Assembly (NCBI GenBank): GCA_003144275.1 | Contig: NJBF01000086.1 | Location: forward strand, 1-7,083 | Reading direction: 5' to 3' | DNA length: 7,083 bases | Origin: Candidatus Heimdallarchaeota archaeon B3_Heim | Lineage (GTDB): Archaea > Asgardarchaeota > Heimdallarchaeia > Hodarchaeales > Hodarchaeaceae | Part shown: piece by piece, positions 6,725-7,083 of the stretch | Position numbering within the stretch: position 1 is the first letter of the stretch | Layout: each line of letters begins with the position of its first letter | Translations under genes and position numbers: made by a program | Notes under the pieces: generated by a model | Database searches by the model: none | What the model was told of the DNA's origin: nothing | What the model saw: only the letters and a program-made list of their open reading frames with translations

Positions 6725-6892
6725 CTATTCAGGATGGATGGCCTCTACAGGACAAACATCTACACAGGCGCCGCAATCATTGCAGAGTTCAGGATCTATG
6801 GTATAAATATCACCCTCCGAAATTGCTTCAACCGGGCATTCATCAAGACAAGAACCACATGCGGTGCATTCATCATTAATTACGTATGCCAT
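6725..6892 (-). CDS. fdx: 2[4Fe-4S] ferredoxin, clostridial type, 55 aa (missed by the ORF track)
   Basis: Translated by hand: MAYVINDECTACGSCLDECPVEAISEGDIYTIDPELCNDCGACVDVCPVEAIHPE*. It has two CxxCxxCxxxCP motifs, 13 D/E and no K/R, its own -7 element and its own terminator. Confidence 0.97.
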   Translation of the reverse strand: MAYVINDECTACGSCLDECPVEAISEGDIYTIDPELCNDCGACVDVCPVEAIHPE

Positions 6893-6932
6893 TTTTTTAA
6901 AATTTTAATTAATACTTGTTTTTTTACGGCTA

Positions 6933-6940
6933 CAAAAATA
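6933..6940 (-). promoter_or_regulatory. Bacteroidota -7 element (TATTTTTG) for the ferredoxin
   Basis: The - strand reads TATATTTTTGTAGCC, an exact TAnnTTTG match 40 nt upstream of the ATG, followed by an A/T-rich leader with no SD. No canonically spaced -33 TTTG is present. Confidence 0.65.
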
Positions 6941-6974
6941 TATTCAATTTTTAATAAAAAAAATAAATATCAAA

Positions 6975-7083
6975 TTAATTGTATAATTTTAGAAAAGAAA
7001 CAGCCAGCCATGCCAGATTCCCCATGCCATGAAAAATAGCTTCTTCATCTATATCGAATGTTGGAGTATGCAATGAAGAGATA
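6975..7083 (-). CDS. C-terminal fragment of an M20 family amidohydrolase (truncated by the window edge)
   Basis: The - strand frame from 7082 reads ISSLHTPTFDIDEEAIFHGMGNLAWLAVSFLKLYN* (TAA at 6977-6975). 'LHxPxFDIDExA' is the metal-ligand His motif at the C-terminus of M20D amidohydrolases. Confidence 0.85.
   Translation of the reverse strand, partial: ISSLHTPTFDIDEEAIFHGMGNLAWLAVSFLKLYN

Noticed and set aside
6689-7039. 116-aa + strand ORF from the track
   Set aside because: Antisense shadow. It overlaps the ferredoxin, its promoter, the terminator arm and the M20 gene end, all of which have clear motifs on the - strand.

Overview
AT-rich window that looks like housekeeping DNA from a Bacteroidota genome, probably an anaerobic Bacteroidales. 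This assignment rests on GldB, two beta-barrel OMPs ending in Phe, TAnnTTTG -7 promoter elements, A/T-rich leaders without Shine-Dalgarno sites, and a clostridial-type ferredoxin. Left to right: the possible 3' end of a + strand gene (1-87); a beta-barrel OMP whose signal peptide is out of frame at a T9 tract (93/134-685); then, on the - strand, a GT2 glycosyltransferase, a Crp/Fnr regulator with four Cys, glutamine-dependent nadE and a PorT-like OMP; divergent gldB on the + strand; a ~360 bp non-coding gap with unusual structure; a bidirectional terminator; a 55-aa 2[4Fe-4S] ferredoxin missed by the ORF track; and the C-terminus of an M20 amidohydrolase. The most unusual feature is non-coding. 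A perfect 48-nt T-shaped three-way-junction palindrome with two C-GGA-G triloops (6440-6487) sits inside a ~180 bp inverted array of AAATnnC-type heptamers, which suggests a small repeat or mobile element. I cannot show a new multi-gene system from this window alone.
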